A stretch of 64,000 nt of DNA from Heteronotia binoei (lineage: Eukaryota), in assembly GCF_032191835.1 (NCBI RefSeq), contig NC_083243.1:44950001-45014000 (forward strand). The letters run 5' to 3'. Positions 63,080 through 64,000 of this stretch are shown one piece after another. A program made the translations under genes and the position numbers. Under the pieces are notes generated by a model. The model was not told the DNA's origin and did no database searches. It saw only the letters and a list, made by a program, of their open reading frames with translations. Within the stretch, counting starts at the first letter, position 1. Each line of letters starts with the position of its first letter.

Positions 63080-64000
63080 TATTTCTGTCTTCTACTGTAC
63101 TTGCAGCCCCTCCCAATTTAGTATCATCTGCAAATATTATAAGCATTCCCTCTATTCCTTCATCCAAATCATTTATAAAGATGCTGAACAAAACAGGTCC
63201 CAGGGCAGATCCTTGAGGCACTCCACTTGTCACTCCCCTCCAAGAGGATGAGGAACCATTCACAGGCACTCTTTGGATGTGATCTGTCAACCAGTTACAG
63301 ACCCACCTAATGGTAACAGGATCCAAACCACATTTTACCAACTTGTCAACAAGGATAGTATGTGGAACCTTATCAAAAGCCTTACTGAAATCAAGATAAA
63401 CTATGTCTACACCATTCCCCTGATCCAGCAAGGTAGTCACTTTCTCAAAAAAAGAGATCAGGTTAGTCTGACATGACTTGTTTTTGAAAAAACACATGCT
63501 GGCTCTTAGTAATCACAACCATCTTTTCTAAATGTTCCAGGACTGACTGTTTGATGATTTGCTCTAAAACTTTTCCAGGGATAGACATCAAGCTGACAGG
63601 TCAGTAGTTACCTGGATCCTCCTTTTCCCCCTTCTTGAAGATGGGGACAACATTTGCCCACCTCCAATCTTCTGGTACCTCACCTGTTCTCCTAGAATTC
63701 TCAAAAGATAACAGCCAGAGGCTCAGAAATTACATCTGCAAACTCTTTTAGCACTCTTGGATGCAGTTCATCTGGCCCTGAGGATTTTGTTTCATTTAAA
63801 GAAACTAGGTGTTTTTGTACTACTCCTATAGTGATCCTAGGATGGAACTCCATACCCTCATTATATGTTCTGTTTTTGCCATATTGAGCACAGTTTCCCT
63901 GAGAAGATGAGGAAGAGTAGGAACTGAGCAATTCTCCCTTCTCTTCATCACCTGTTACAATTTCACTTTCCTGCCCTCACAACGGGCCTACTATGTCCTT
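63080..64000 (-). mobile_element. CR1 LINE, 5' piece (continues beyond the window)
   Basis: [55 protein letters not shown]; breaks at EDRN. Confidence 0.92.

Overview
Vertebrate genomic DNA, most likely a gecko or other squamate judging from its SINE, LINE and MITE families. It is AT-rich and repeat-dense, and I could not recognise any host protein-coding exon. The main feature is at 1-2814: the 3' half of a very young Ngaro-type tyrosine-recombinase retrotransposon. It shows the RT/RNaseH C-terminus overlapping an intact tyrosine recombinase, then an accessory SGNH hydrolase ORF, then split direct repeats B1-A2-B2 with B1 and B2 identical over 405 bp. The hydrolase ORF has no ATG before its catalytic serine but sits behind a canonical branch point and 3' splice site, which suggests expression by splicing. 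Other notable items: four 286-287 bp palindromic PIF/Harbinger-like MITEs sharing a palindromic target preference; an ORF1-only (HAL1-like) L1 derivative with a 36-bp TSD; Penelope-like termini carrying decayed minimal hammerhead ribozymes; a recently active RTE LINE; a CR1 split by a ~4 kb L2; and many hAT MITEs and SINEs. Family names come from recalled motifs and consensus sequences, not database searches.
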